From positions 180,785 through 244,784 of IMG/VR virus record IMGVR_UViG_3300031760_000001: a stretch of DNA of 64,000 nt; one strand, written 5' to 3'. Origin of the DNA: a virus. Lineage: Duplodnaviria; Caudoviricetes. Below, piece after piece: positions 1 to 10,208 of this stretch. The position numbers were made by a program, and so were the translations under genes. The notes beneath the pieces are model-generated. The model searched no databases, had not been told where the DNA came from, and saw nothing but the letters and a program-made list of their open reading frames with translations. Numbering within the stretch: position 1 is the first letter of the stretch; every line of letters starts with the position of its first letter.

Positions 1-1
1 A

Positions 2-904
2 GTTTTATGTTGTTGTGAAACACACCAAACACATTCAGGGGTGAAATATATAAATTATTATGAAATAAATAACGTACTTTCACAACAAAAATTTGATTTG
101 ATAATAATCAGTAGACATTATTCAAATTTATTGAGTGGGATTGATTATTATAAAACATCCGATAATGTTTTTATCCAAGCCCATGATTATGTTATTTCAG
201 GTGACGATATAGATAAAATTAAAACTTTCCCTTGTTTCAAAGGCGTTTCAACTTTATCAGCTTACCAAGAAAGAAGTATTCATGCAAATTGTCATGTTGA
301 TTGGCGATATATGGTCAGAGTTGGTAACGGTATTGATTCAAATCTGTTTGAAAATTTGGATTTAAATCCAAATAACAAAAGATTGTTATTCAGTAGTAAT
401 CCATTAAGGGGTGGATATATTCTAAAAGATATTGTCATTCCAAAATTGATTAATAATGGTGTTGATACTGGTGTTGATTTTTGCTCGTATGACACAACTG
501 TTGTAGAGCAAAACGAATACACAAATGTTCTCGGAAGTCTGTCAAAAGAATCTCTATATAAAGAAATGTCCAATCGTTACTGTTGGTTTTATCCTGGGGT
601 ATTCAATGAAACGTTTTGTATTTCAATGATTGAAAATATTATGTGTGGAAATGATATAATAGCCCCATTGACTTATGGATTATCCTCTGTTATTGAACCG
701 TTTGTAAATGACGTAACAATGAAACACCGTTTTGATACTACTGAAGATGAATTCTGGATGGCGGTGGATGAAGCAAGTAATAGAATTAATGAATCGTTCT
801 GTAATTACGAAAAAGGTGAAGAGTTAAGAAAAGAACTTAAAAACTACATATTGTCCAATTATACATGGGACATAATTGCAGATAAATGGTTGAAATTGAT
901 TTAA
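2..904 (+). CDS. Glycosyltransferase, GT-B/GT4-like (5'-truncated by window edge)
   Basis: Frame is open from base 2 (VLCCCETHQTHSG) into the tracked ORF. Motifs: FSSNPLRG, YP..FNETFCISMIE (E-x7-E), C-terminal YTWDIIADKW. Confidence 0.75.
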   Translation, partial: VLCCCETHQTHSGVKYINYYEINNVLSQQKFDLIIISRHYSNLLSGIDYYKTSDNVFIQAHDYVISGDDIDKIKTFPCFKGVSTLSAYQERSIHANCHVDWRYMVRVGNGIDSNLFENLDLNPNNKRLLFSSNPLRGGYILKDIVIPKLINNGVDTGVDFCSYDTTVVEQNEYTNVLGSLSKESLYKEMSNRYCWFYPGVFNETFCISMIENIMCGNDIIAPLTYGLSSVIEPFVNDVTMKHRFDTTEDEFWMAVDEASNRINESFCNYEKGEELRKELKNYILSNYTWDIIADKWLKLI

Positions 905-932
905 TATGTAAAAAATTTTGTATATTAGAGGT

Positions 933-1343
933 ATGAGTAAGAATAGTCCATACATAAAAACCAAACTTCTTAAAAAACTTAAAAAAAGTGCAAGAAAAAG
1001 ATATAAGTTTGAAGAAGTGTATACCAGAAACGAACAGCAACAGAGTGTACCTTTATATAGAGTCCTTGATACGATTTATGATTATGATGATTGTTATCGT
1101 GTTCAAAAAGAAACAACCAATAAAGAAGAGGCTTGGAGTTTTTATTTATCAAAATACAGAGAGTTTATTTTTGAAAAATTAGACGACTATTACAAATATT
1201 GTAATAAAACGCCAAAAAGTATTCGTAAAAACCAAGAAACTAGATTGACTGCGGGTATAATTAGGCCAACAATTGATTTTCTTGTAAGGGATGAAAAAGT
1301 GATGTTAAAAATTAAACAACAATCGAATAAAATTAAAATTTAA
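933..1343 (+). CDS. Hypothetical basic protein
   Basis: ORF; ATG at 933 lies just downstream of a TATATT promoter-like element. Confidence 0.55.
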   Translation: MSKNSPYIKTKLLKKLKKSARKRYKFEEVYTRNEQQQSVPLYRVLDTIYDYDDCYRVQKETTNKEEAWSFYLSKYREFIFEKLDDYYKYCNKTPKSIRKNQETRLTAGIIRPTIDFLVRDEKVMLKIKQQSNKIKI

Positions 1344-1348
1344 ATCTT

Positions 1349-1972
1349 ATGTTAACAGAAGAAAAACTTAATGCAAATTACTTGAAATTTATCAATTACC
1401 TCCAGAAGTACAACTGCTACTCAGAGGATATGATGAAAGAACTTGGAGAAAAAATTAAATTGGCTCCTTATTCAATGGAGCGTGATATGGGTGGCGCTTA
1501 TGATGGCGCTATGATTGATGTTACACTTAATACATTGTGTAAAATTGGTGCTCAGATTAATAACAATGCTATGGGTGCCAACGGTGGAGATAAAATTGCA
1601 CACCCTTTGCTTGCTGTAAATAACAATATGCTCATGCGTGTGTTGCTTCTTATCAACATTGCAAAGGCTGAAATGTTTACTCCCAACAAAAGTGAGTGGC
1701 ACAGAAAGAATCTTGGTCGAATGTATGAGTTTGTTGAAAACAAAACCAAACTTAAACTTGGTGCAAGAAGCCTTTATCTTTGTCAAAAGTACGGTATTCA
1801 ACTTGAAGAGGAAGAGTTTGAGGCTTTCCTGACCATTGATAACCCAGATGACACTGGTGAGCGTTTCCAGTCACCTTTGTATACAATGGTTAAAGCAACC
1901 CAAATGTTTACTCTTGTTGAATTGAGACAGAAACAATTAGCTTTAAGTAAAACCGAAACACAAGAAATGTAA
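1349..1972 (+). CDS. Degenerate HD-domain (YhaM-like) protein
   Basis: APYS..MGGAYDGAMIDVTL resembles APAS..HxAYxGGLxxH, and LLLINIAK resembles LLHDxGK, but the metal-binding H/HD residues are absent. Confidence 0.5.
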   Translation: MLTEEKLNANYLKFINYLQKYNCYSEDMMKELGEKIKLAPYSMERDMGGAYDGAMIDVTLNTLCKIGAQINNNAMGANGGDKIAHPLLAVNNNMLMRVLLLINIAKAEMFTPNKSEWHRKNLGRMYEFVENKTKLKLGARSLYLCQKYGIQLEEEEFEAFLTIDNPDDTGERFQSPLYTMVKATQMFTLVELRQKQLALSKTETQEM

Positions 1973-2286
1973 TGACTGAGTTAGAAAATATAATGGCTGA
2001 ATGTTATCACCACAGTGCTGATAGAACCTTTCACTGGTGTGTTGAAAAACAGAAACCATGCACTTATCCAGATTGTAACATTTACAAAAAAAGAAAAACA
2101 TTATCGGAAACGTTGACTGAGCCAAAACCACTTGTTGGTTGTGTGAAATGTGGGAAAGAAATTGCAGGTCATATATACGGTAATATGTGCAGGGAAAGTG
2201 AAAGCTATTGTAAAGAATGCTATGATAAACTAAGCCAGCAAGAAAAAGACTTATTAGACTGGCATTTTTCTTGTGATTGGTTTTAA
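1972..2286 (+). CDS. Cys-rich hypothetical protein (CxxC pairs)
   Basis: CVKC and CKEC motifs; TAATG overlap with the upstream stop. Confidence 0.55.
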   Translation: MTELENIMAECYHHSADRTFHWCVEKQKPCTYPDCNIYKKRKTLSETLTEPKPLVGCVKCGKEIAGHIYGNMCRESESYCKECYDKLSQQEKDLLDWHFSCDWF

Positions 2287-2307
2287 TAAAACAAAAAATT
2301 ATATAAT

Positions 2308-2775
2308 ATGAATAACCCTAAATTAAAAATATGTAATAAGTCACCACATGAGAATCCCAGTTATGCTAAACCTGGTGATAGTGGTATGGATTTAAGAGCA
2401 TGGGTAACCAATGATGCACCGATAGCGATAGTATTAAAACCACTTGAACGTGCATTGATTCATACTGGTATCTATGTTGAAATACCTTATGGATATGAAA
2501 TTCAAGTTAGACCTAAGAGTGGTCAGGCTTTGAAAAGAGGTTTAGTTGTACTTAATACCCCTGGAACGGTTGATGTGAATTATCGTGGTGAAATTTGTGT
2601 AATTGCAATCAATCTTTCAAATGAAGAGATTATAATTGAAGATGGTGAAAAGATTGCACAAATGGTGTTATGCCCAGTTCAGCATGAAGGTTTGGTTGAT
2701 ATAGAAGTTGTTGATGAAATTTCAACTGATACTGAACGAGGGTCTGGTGGATTCGGTCACACTGGTGTTCAATAA
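2308..2775 (+). CDS. dut: Trimeric dUTPase
   Basis: All five motifs: SGMDL, RPKSG, GTVDVNYRGEI, KIAQMV, RGSGGFGHTG. Confidence 0.96.
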   Translation: MNNPKLKICNKSPHENPSYAKPGDSGMDLRAWVTNDAPIAIVLKPLERALIHTGIYVEIPYGYEIQVRPKSGQALKRGLVVLNTPGTVDVNYRGEICVIAINLSNEEIIIEDGEKIAQMVLCPVQHEGLVDIEVVDEISTDTERGSGGFGHTGVQ

Positions 2776-2797
2776 CTTTTAAATAATAATAAAAAAT

Positions 2798-2828
2798 AAA
2801 GCACTCTGATTTCAGGGTGCTTTTTTTT
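2798..2828 (+). terminator. Rho-independent terminator after dut
   Basis: AAAGCACTCTGA..TCAGGGTGCTTT hairpin followed by a T run. Confidence 0.85.
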
Positions 2829-2832
2829 ATTT

Positions 2833-2861
2833 TTGTTTTTTTATCTATATTGTTATATATT
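2833..2861 (+). promoter_or_regulatory. Class B promoter-like element TTGTTT-N17-TATATT
   Basis: Same TTG/N17/TATATT geometry recurs before several non-structural genes. Confidence 0.55.
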
Positions 2862-2894
2862 AAGATTAAATAATAATATAAAACAGAATTTAAT

Positions 2895-3350
2895 ATGGGA
2901 CTTTTAGATGATTACCAGAAAATGGTTGAAGAAGACGAAAAAAATTTGAATAACAACGCTCCAATGGACGGTCTTGAAATGACCGAGGAAGAAATGAAGG
3001 AATATGAAAAACGCCTTAATAAAATGCGTGAAGAAATCAAGAATAACGAGGATTGTGGGGTTGATTGTGAAAAAGCTTGGAATAAAGAAGTAAGACCTCT
3101 AGATAAATATAAAGAGGAAGATTTGAAAACTGATTATGTTAAGGTTACACCGATGGTTAAGAGAGCTTATTGCCCAGAATGTGGTAAAGAAATTATTAAC
3201 CGTGGTCCTGTAATGTACAATCCATTCAGTTTTGAGAAAACTTGCCCACATGTATGTGAGTGTGGTTGGAAGGGTGATTTGGAATATTCATACCCACGTG
3301 TTGTGTTTGTTACCGAGGATGGCACACAAATCGAGGCTTATGCAAAATAA
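2895..3350 (+). CDS. Hypothetical protein with C-terminal Zn ribbon
   Basis: CPECG...CECGW. Confidence 0.6.
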   Translation: MGLLDDYQKMVEEDEKNLNNNAPMDGLEMTEEEMKEYEKRLNKMREEIKNNEDCGVDCEKAWNKEVRPLDKYKEEDLKTDYVKVTPMVKRAYCPECGKEIINRGPVMYNPFSFEKTCPHVCECGWKGDLEYSYPRVVFVTEDGTQIEAYAK

Positions 3351-3368
3351 TTTGAAACAAATTTAAAT

Positions 3369-3974
3369 ATGACAATAGCAATTGACATTAATGATGTAAT
3401 CAGGGATAATATGTTCCAGTTCAGGTACATTTACCAGAAATACATTGACAGTACTTTCGAAATTAACCTGGATGACATTGACACATACAATATGTTAGAC
3501 CATTATCCTTTCGAGGATGAAAGTGAACTTAACCAGTTCAAGTATCTTGACTACCCGTTTGAACTTTACGGTCGTGCCGAAGCTTGTGACAAGAGGCTTC
3601 CTTTCGCACTTAATGATTATCTGGAAAAGACACTTAAAGACCTTGATGAGGTTCCTAATGTAATTTTGTTCTCGCCTTTTGAGATTGGTTTGACAATTCA
3701 GTCAACTTTTTCTTTCCTTTCAGCCAGGACAATCAGAGCCAGGGAAATTTATTTCCCGATTGACTCAATGACAATCTATGACCGTGCTGATGTCGTGATT
3801 ACCGCACAGCCAAATCTTATTGAAAATTGCCCTGAGAACAAAACTGTCATCAAGGTTACCAAACCATATAACAAGGAAATTGAAACCAAATATTCATTTG
3901 ATTCAATGATGGACATTATCAATGACCCAAATGAAACACTTATTAAAATAATTGAAAATAAAATTGAAAAATAA
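3369..3974 (+). CDS. HAD-fold 5'(3')-deoxyribonucleotidase-like protein (atypical motif I)
   Basis: IAIDINDVIRD at the N-terminus; KPYN near the C-terminus. Confidence 0.6.
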   Translation: MTIAIDINDVIRDNMFQFRYIYQKYIDSTFEINLDDIDTYNMLDHYPFEDESELNQFKYLDYPFELYGRAEACDKRLPFALNDYLEKTLKDLDEVPNVILFSPFEIGLTIQSTFSFLSARTIRAREIYFPIDSMTIYDRADVVITAQPNLIENCPENKTVIKVTKPYNKEIETKYSFDSMMDIINDPNETLIKIIENKIEK

Positions 3975-4360
3975 TGAATAGCAATTATTTGGAAATTGAA
4001 GGCAAATACTATGCCATTGATATGGGTAAGGTTATTGAATTCATCAGTGAAAGTGAATCATCAACCCAGACTATAAACCAGTCATACGGCATACCTTTGA
4101 CTGATGACGGAACTGTGGCTGGTGATATTAGGTTAATCAGTAAGGAAATTGCCGAAACAAAAGAATCGGTTGGTGAAAATATGTCTAACTTGAGATATTC
4201 AATGCTGACATATCTGTTGAATATTTTACTTTCACCACTATCGGACGGAAGTGGTAACGTTGTAGTGGCTGAAAGTATGAGAAGCTTGCATCTTGGACAG
4301 GTGATTTCATTTAACACTCTGTTTGAGATGGGAATAATTTACGAAATTGAAAACAACTAA
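3974..4360 (+). CDS. Hypothetical protein
   Basis: ORF, translationally coupled on both sides (TAATG). Confidence 0.65.
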   Translation: MNSNYLEIEGKYYAIDMGKVIEFISESESSTQTINQSYGIPLTDDGTVAGDIRLISKEIAETKESVGENMSNLRYSMLTYLLNILLSPLSDGSGNVVVAESMRSLHLGQVISFNTLFEMGIIYEIENN

Positions 4361-5532
4361 TGGCTACAAAAGAAGAAGCAATTAAGAGACTTGAAGATGA
4401 GATTAATAAATTAAAAAATAAGGATTTTAATATATTTTTCTTTACTGTTGACAGCAAAAACGTACCAAGCGGAAGTCTTGTGTATTCATACGAATTGGCT
4501 TTGTCGTTGAAGAAACTTGGATATAATGTAACAATGTTGTATCAGTTGGAAAATGAAATGCATGATAGACAGAAAAAGAAATTGATTGAAAAGGGTACAT
4601 ATAACCCTATGGATGATAACGTGTTCTGTGGTGTTGGTGACTGGATGGGTCAGGAATATGCAGACCTGCCACATTTGAACATTGCAAAGAAAAATGCATG
4701 GTCAGTATCACCATCGGATTTCCTTTTCATACCTGAAGCGTTTGCTAGTCTTATGTCACAGACTTATGTGTATAAAATCCCATGCCAACGATATGTTCTG
4801 TTATATAATTTTGATTATGTTACGGATATGATACCTTTCGGTGCAAGCTGGATTAACTTTGGTATCAAGGATTGTGTCACAACCACCGATTTGCAAGCAA
4901 GGTTAATCGAGGATGTTATGCCTTATGTCAAAACAAATGTGATTAAACCATATATTCCAGAATATTTCCGTAAACCAGTCAAACCCAAAAACCTTGTTGT
5001 CAACGTTATTTCAAAACGCCAGACAGATGTCAAGAAACTTATGAAGACTTTCTATTGGAAATATCCAGTGTATAAATTTGTTGCATTCAAAGACCTTAGG
5101 GGTATGACACGTGAACATTATGCTGATATGTTAAAAGAGGGTGCTATTACGGTATGGATTGACACAGAGACACCATTCGGTTTCGGTGCCCTTGAAGCAA
5201 TGCGCTGTGACAACATCGTAATCGGTAAACTTCCAGAGAATACACAAGAGTGGATGGTTGATGAGAACGATGAACTTCGTGACAATGTTATTTGGTTTGA
5301 CAATATGACCGAACTTCCAGACCTTTTGGCTGATGTTGTAGGTTCCTGGATGCAGGATGAAATTCCACAGGTACTTTACACTGAAATGGAAAAGACCAAC
5401 ACAATGTACACCAAAAAGGAATGGGATGAAAATGTAGAGGTGTTCGTTAACCAAATGGTTGAAAGACGGCTCAACGAGTTCGAAGTATTCAAGAACAATA
5501 TGTTTAATAAAGATAAAAAAGACGAAGAATAA
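4360..5532 (+). CDS. Glycosyltransferase, GT-B/GT4-like
   Basis: SG...SYELALSLKKLGYNV, FIPE, ETPFGFGALEAMRC. Confidence 0.75.
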   Translation: MATKEEAIKRLEDEINKLKNKDFNIFFFTVDSKNVPSGSLVYSYELALSLKKLGYNVTMLYQLENEMHDRQKKKLIEKGTYNPMDDNVFCGVGDWMGQEYADLPHLNIAKKNAWSVSPSDFLFIPEAFASLMSQTYVYKIPCQRYVLLYNFDYVTDMIPFGASWINFGIKDCVTTTDLQARLIEDVMPYVKTNVIKPYIPEYFRKPVKPKNLVVNVISKRQTDVKKLMKTFYWKYPVYKFVAFKDLRGMTREHYADMLKEGAITVWIDTETPFGFGALEAMRCDNIVIGKLPENTQEWMVDENDELRDNVIWFDNMTELPDLLADVVGSWMQDEIPQVLYTEMEKTNTMYTKKEWDENVEVFVNQMVERRLNEFEVFKNNMFNKDKKDEE

Positions 5533-6326
5533 TGAAAGACATTACTGTTATAATTCCAGTTCTAGAAGCTCAATTGGATTCAAATGAATTAGTAAACGCA
5601 GTTAACAGCGTAAAAGAGTGTCAAAAGTACTATAACGACGGCAAATTAAAAGTTCTTATTGTCGTTGAGAAAGTTGAAAATGGCTTTGATTATACGACTT
5701 TTGACGATATTAAGTATAAGTATATTGTAAATGATAGTGGCAAATATGACTATTGTTCACAAATTAATTTTGGTGTAAAACATGTTGATACTGAATATTT
5801 CTCTATTCTTGAATATGATGACTATTACACAAAGAAATGGTTCAAGATGTTCAATGACTATTACACAACCAATGAGAATGTAAGTGTGTTCCTCCCAATC
5901 AACGTGCTTCATAACGCAAAAACAAATGAACGTGAATTTGTAAACGACATTATCTGGTCAAGTGGTTTTGCCAATGAGATTGGCTACATCGACTTTGACT
6001 GTTTACAGGCAACTGCTTCATTCAATCTTACGGGCGGAATATTCAAAACGAGTGACTGGCTTGGTTACAAACCGTCTATTTCAATTGCTTTCAACTATGA
6101 ATATCTTCTGAGAGCTACAAAGAAAGAACAGAAAGTGTTCGTTATTCCAAAAGAGGGATATCATCATGAGATTTTCAAAGAGGGAAGTCTATCAGAATAT
6201 TATTTGAACAATATTAGTGACGATGACAACGCTAAATGGTTTGAACTGGCTAAAAAGGAATATGCCTTTGACAAAGACAGAAACAAAGACATTGAGAATA
6301 TAAATGATGAAGATGAGAAGAAATAA
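5532..6326 (+). CDS. Glycosyltransferase, GT2/GT-A-like
   Basis: ITVIIPV, INFGVKHVDTEYFSILEYDD (EYDD in place of DxDD). Confidence 0.75.
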   Translation: MKDITVIIPVLEAQLDSNELVNAVNSVKECQKYYNDGKLKVLIVVEKVENGFDYTTFDDIKYKYIVNDSGKYDYCSQINFGVKHVDTEYFSILEYDDYYTKKWFKMFNDYYTTNENVSVFLPINVLHNAKTNEREFVNDIIWSSGFANEIGYIDFDCLQATASFNLTGGIFKTSDWLGYKPSISIAFNYEYLLRATKKEQKVFVIPKEGYHHEIFKEGSLSEYYLNNISDDDNAKWFELAKKEYAFDKDRNKDIENINDEDEKK

Positions 6327-7133
6327 ATGGCTGACGAAACCGAAATTAAGGATTTAACCACAACAGGTGTCGAAGAGGCACCTGTTGTTGAATCTTTACC
6401 GAAAAAGAGGGGAAGAAAACCAAACCCCAATAAAAAGAATATGTATTTCTCAGAATATGAGGAAGACATATTCAAACAGTATTTAAACAGTGAGGATGAG
6501 GGATTCAGGAACAAAGTGTTCAATGAGGTTCTTTATCCAGTGTTCACCAAAATGGTTGAGTCTATTATACGCAGGTATATACTGTTTACACCTGGTGAGG
6601 ATTTCCAGGATACTTTCAATGATGCAATGTCACACTTAATATCCAAAGTAAAGCATTTCAAGCCCGAAAAAAACAAGAAAGCGTTCTCATATTGCGGTAC
6701 AATCTGTAAAAACTACGCTTTACATAAGAGACAGAAAACACAAGACAAACTCCAAAAATATGTTTCATATGATGTGGTGTACAACGACATACACCCAGAT
6801 ATGAGGACAACTAATGACCCAATGTTCGGTGATGTCAATTTCACTCAGTCAATTATGATTCGTTCAGCGGAGGAAATTAAAAAAATGGTAGATGATTCCA
6901 GTAGGTATAATTTGAATGACTCGGATATAAAGGTTGGAATGGCTTTGGTTAATCTGCTTACCAATTGGGATGAAATATTTATGAATCTTGAATCCAAGAA
7001 ATATAATAAAAGTGAGGTGGATTCCTTTATTAAAGAGACCACATTACTTTCAACCAAACAAATCAGGGATGCCAAGAAAAAATTTTCCAATGTATACTTT
7101 AAACTTAAAGAGCAAATGTTAAATGAGGACTAA
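6327..7133 (+). CDS. T4 gp55-like late transcription sigma factor
   Basis: Sigma region-2-like segment HFKPEKNKKAFSYCGTICKN (cf. gp55-family FDPxK..AFxY); N-terminal AT-hook-like KKRGRKP. Confidence 0.7.
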   Translation: MADETEIKDLTTTGVEEAPVVESLPKKRGRKPNPNKKNMYFSEYEEDIFKQYLNSEDEGFRNKVFNEVLYPVFTKMVESIIRRYILFTPGEDFQDTFNDAMSHLISKVKHFKPEKNKKAFSYCGTICKNYALHKRQKTQDKLQKYVSYDVVYNDIHPDMRTTNDPMFGDVNFTQSIMIRSAEEIKKMVDDSSRYNLNDSDIKVGMALVNLLTNWDEIFMNLESKKYNKSEVDSFIKETTLLSTKQIRDAKKKFSNVYFKLKEQMLNED

Positions 7134-7141
7134 TTATTATT

Positions 7142-7531
7142 ATGAGACAGTTGAAACAGTATAAATTAAAGGTAGATTCAAAGGAAAAGATTGAGGAACT
7201 TTTACAGGAAATCTACAACGAGGCTTGCAAGAATATTGAGGAGGCTCAGAATGAAATCAACAAGATTAGTCATTCAACCGACCTCAACACCGAGATTATT
7301 GACGGCAAGGCAAAATATGCCAAAGCTATAAATGATTTTATTACAACAAAAGACAAGGCAATCGCAAGAAAATTCGAGATTGCCAAACTTTTGACTGAAA
7401 TCATTAAATTCAACGGAAATGTCCAGCAAGCATTCACAGAAGGTGATGTCCCAGGTAATTGGGATGATATTGTTGTGACATCACCCAATATAGACAATAA
7501 TAATGGACCTATTGAATATACACTCAGATAA
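7142..7531 (+). CDS. Hypothetical helical protein
   Basis: ORF in operon. Confidence 0.65.
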   Translation: MRQLKQYKLKVDSKEKIEELLQEIYNEACKNIEEAQNEINKISHSTDLNTEIIDGKAKYAKAINDFITTKDKAIARKFEIAKLLTEIIKFNGNVQQAFTEGDVPGNWDDIVVTSPNIDNNNGPIEYTLR

Positions 7532-9621
7532 TGGCAACGGAACAGACCAAACAAGAGGCAATGAATAAACTAAATGGCGTTATTGCTGCTTTAAACAATT
7601 ATCCTGATTTAAACACCACTAACACTTTGTTTTCATATGACAAATCAACCAACCCAACTGATTTGCTTGTTGATTTTTTCAAGACAACCAAAGGATATGA
7701 CTGGCTGATTATTGCTGTATCCAAGTTCATTGCTATAACAATTCCAGTGCTTGAACTGGCGGTCAAGGGTGTTCTGTTATCAAATATACGTACAATGCTG
7801 AGCTGTTCAACTAATCCACTTATAACGGAACAGATGATACAAGAGGGTGTGGTGTTCAACCTTAACAGGGTTGACATTTTCAATATGTTCAAATATTCAC
7901 CACTTAACAAGAAAAAAGATAATCCAGGAAAATATTATTATTTCGGTTGTGACCCAGAGGATGGTATTGTTGATTTCACCGACTTAAAATATTCACGTGA
8001 TTTCAATGCTGTTTTATGGTATGCCAAAAATGCACCAGGTGAAAGAATTGCCTGGAGGCGTGAAGGCGATGTTGGTAAACCATATAATATATCCAAACGT
8101 GGTGTTGGTGAGATTGTAACTTGGACTAAACAAGTGAAAAGTAATGGTATTACAACAATACAATATAACGGAAGGTCTTCTGGACTAAGTAAAGCTGATG
8201 GTAGTGAAATGTTTGTCCAAGAACCGATTGAAAATTGTATACATGTTTTTATTGGATATTGTGTTCCAGAGAAAACTGGTGATAAAACCACTGAAATTGA
8301 GGCTTGTACAAAAAAAGTTTCATTATTTAATGAATTTTATGAGAAAATTGATGATTATTATAAAAAAATAAGACAAGGGAAAAGGTCACAAAAAAAAGAT
8401 GCTTCTGACCGTGGGGCATCGGCTGAAGAATTAAACAATATTGAATTAATTGCTAAACAAGACAGGGAATTAATTGATAGAATAATATACGCTATTGATG
8501 GTATAAATAAAGACAATCCTGCATCAACAGATACAGCAATTGAAGTTATACTTGGTGGTACAAGTTTCATTATACAGACATTACATGAAACAATCACCAT
8601 ACCAACTGAATTACTTGGTAGTAATAGAATGGAACAAAGAGCAAGAAAAGTGAATCTGCTTGATGAAGACAGTCATAAGATAACTTCTTTTCCTGACCCG
8701 AAATCAAATTACTATTACAGACACCCGTTGTTTGAATGGAATACTGACTTTGTTATGTCAATGAAATTGTTTGATGAAAAGGTTGTTGCTGCAATGTTAA
8801 TTGATGGTATAACTGGGTGTCTCAAAAACAGTGTGGATATTTCACTAACTTTCCAAATGCAGTTTATGCAGGAACAATTACATGAAATGATTAAAAAAGT
8901 AATTGAAACTGATGAGGGAGTTGTCAGCGACTGTTTTTTCTCATTTACCAATGATTCATATAATGCAATGTTGAATGAGGTTGAATTGAACAGGGCAAAT
9001 TTACATAATCTCAACAATCAAACTGTCAACACTATACCATCAGCCGATGAAGTTATGGCATCATTGAACACATTAAGTCATGATGCTTCAAAAGAAGAAC
9101 TTACAAGTGCAATCAGTGGCTCGATATTCAGTGCTGTTGCGTGTTCAACTCCAATAGATAAGAAATTTGATTTAAATGTTGAGTATAATTTCGAATTCAA
9201 TGCAAATATGTCCGTTATGGATAAACTGCTTGAAATGTTGGTATACGCTATCGTCAATGTCATATTGCAACCAAAAGTCTATATATTGTTGATGACTAAC
9301 CTGAAATTGCTTGGCGGTGAACCTAATTTTGATATATTCAAATTTATGCAACAGTTCAGAGATTTGATTGCTGATATTATAAAAACTGTCAGGGACAACA
9401 TTCTTGAATATTTCAAGAATGAAATGATGGATATATTAAGTAATTTAACCAAGGATTTGGCGATAAAACTGACTTTGGAACAATATCAATACTACATAAC
9501 ACTGTTGACACATTGCACCGATTGTTTTAAGGTACATGGAAATGAACTTGATTGGGTGCAAGATGATGTCAACTATGCTGATATATTAGAATTAAATCAA
9601 GAATTAAATCAAGAATGTTAA
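7531..9621 (+). CDS. Large hypothetical protein, probably virion/baseplate
   Basis: 696-aa ORF upstream of the gp5-like gene; function inferred from context only. Confidence 0.5.
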   Translation: MATEQTKQEAMNKLNGVIAALNNYPDLNTTNTLFSYDKSTNPTDLLVDFFKTTKGYDWLIIAVSKFIAITIPVLELAVKGVLLSNIRTMLSCSTNPLITEQMIQEGVVFNLNRVDIFNMFKYSPLNKKKDNPGKYYYFGCDPEDGIVDFTDLKYSRDFNAVLWYAKNAPGERIAWRREGDVGKPYNISKRGVGEIVTWTKQVKSNGITTIQYNGRSSGLSKADGSEMFVQEPIENCIHVFIGYCVPEKTGDKTTEIEACTKKVSLFNEFYEKIDDYYKKIRQGKRSQKKDASDRGASAEELNNIELIAKQDRELIDRIIYAIDGINKDNPASTDTAIEVILGGTSFIIQTLHETITIPTELLGSNRMEQRARKVNLLDEDSHKITSFPDPKSNYYYRHPLFEWNTDFVMSMKLFDEKVVAAMLIDGITGCLKNSVDISLTFQMQFMQEQLHEMIKKVIETDEGVVSDCFFSFTNDSYNAMLNEVELNRANLHNLNNQTVNTIPSADEVMASLNTLSHDASKEELTSAISGSIFSAVACSTPIDKKFDLNVEYNFEFNANMSVMDKLLEMLVYAIVNVILQPKVYILLMTNLKLLGGEPNFDIFKFMQQFRDLIADIIKTVRDNILEYFKNEMMDILSNLTKDLAIKLTLEQYQYYITLLTHCTDCFKVHGNELDWVQDDVNYADILELNQELNQEC

Positions 9622-9622
9622 T

Positions 9623-10021
9623 ATGAAATGGGTAGAAAACATAACAAAAGCAATAAACACAACACTCAACTCATTGAGACCGCCAGTTATACCTATACCA
9701 CCGATAATGTTGTTGTGTGAGATAATGGACAGACCTGGTTTGTCAGCAATAACACTGACATCAGCTGTCATAGCAAGACTTCCTGAGGCTGGTATTCCAA
9801 CAGACGTGAATCCAGATGGAACTGCCAATATGATTAACCAATATACCAGGATATTGTGTGAAGAAATTATAAAGGAATTCCAAAATCATGCGGTGGTAAA
9901 CGGTGCTGTTGCTCCAGGAAGCATAAACATAACTGGTACAGGCACAGCTGCAGGTATTGCTCCAGTGGCTGTCACAGGTACAAATGTTTTGGCTAGTATT
10001 GTAAATTCAATTATCCGTTAA
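9623..10021 (+). CDS. Hypothetical protein (baseplate region)
   Basis: ORF with Gly/Thr/Ala-rich C-terminus. Confidence 0.55.
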   Translation: MKWVENITKAINTTLNSLRPPVIPIPPIMLLCEIMDRPGLSAITLTSAVIARLPEAGIPTDVNPDGTANMINQYTRILCEEIIKEFQNHAVVNGAVAPGSINITGTGTAAGIAPVAVTGTNVLASIVNSIIR

Positions 10022-10031
10022 AATATCTTAT

Positions 10032-10208
10032 ATGATGATGGAATATGAAAAAATGTCAAATAAAGAATTAAGTGATGAACTTACAACTCTTGAAGAAAGT
10101 TTCAATGAATATAAAACTTTATTGGAAGAGATTTATACCAATATGTCCGAATTATCTGAAAAATATAATAACATTAAGGAAATCTTAGATAAACGAAATG
10201 GAAAATGA
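10032..10208 (+). CDS. Small coiled-coil protein (58 aa, not in ORF track)
   Basis: MMMEYEKMSNKELSDELTTLEESFNEYK...KRNGK*; fills the gap and overlaps the next start. Confidence 0.6.
   Translation: MMMEYEKMSNKELSDELTTLEESFNEYKTLLEEIYTNMSELSEKYNNIKEILDKRNGK

Noticed and set aside
7142-7531. Small terminase subunit
   Set aside because: Size and helicity fit, but there is no recognisable motif and the gene is not adjacent to the large subunit; left as hypothetical.
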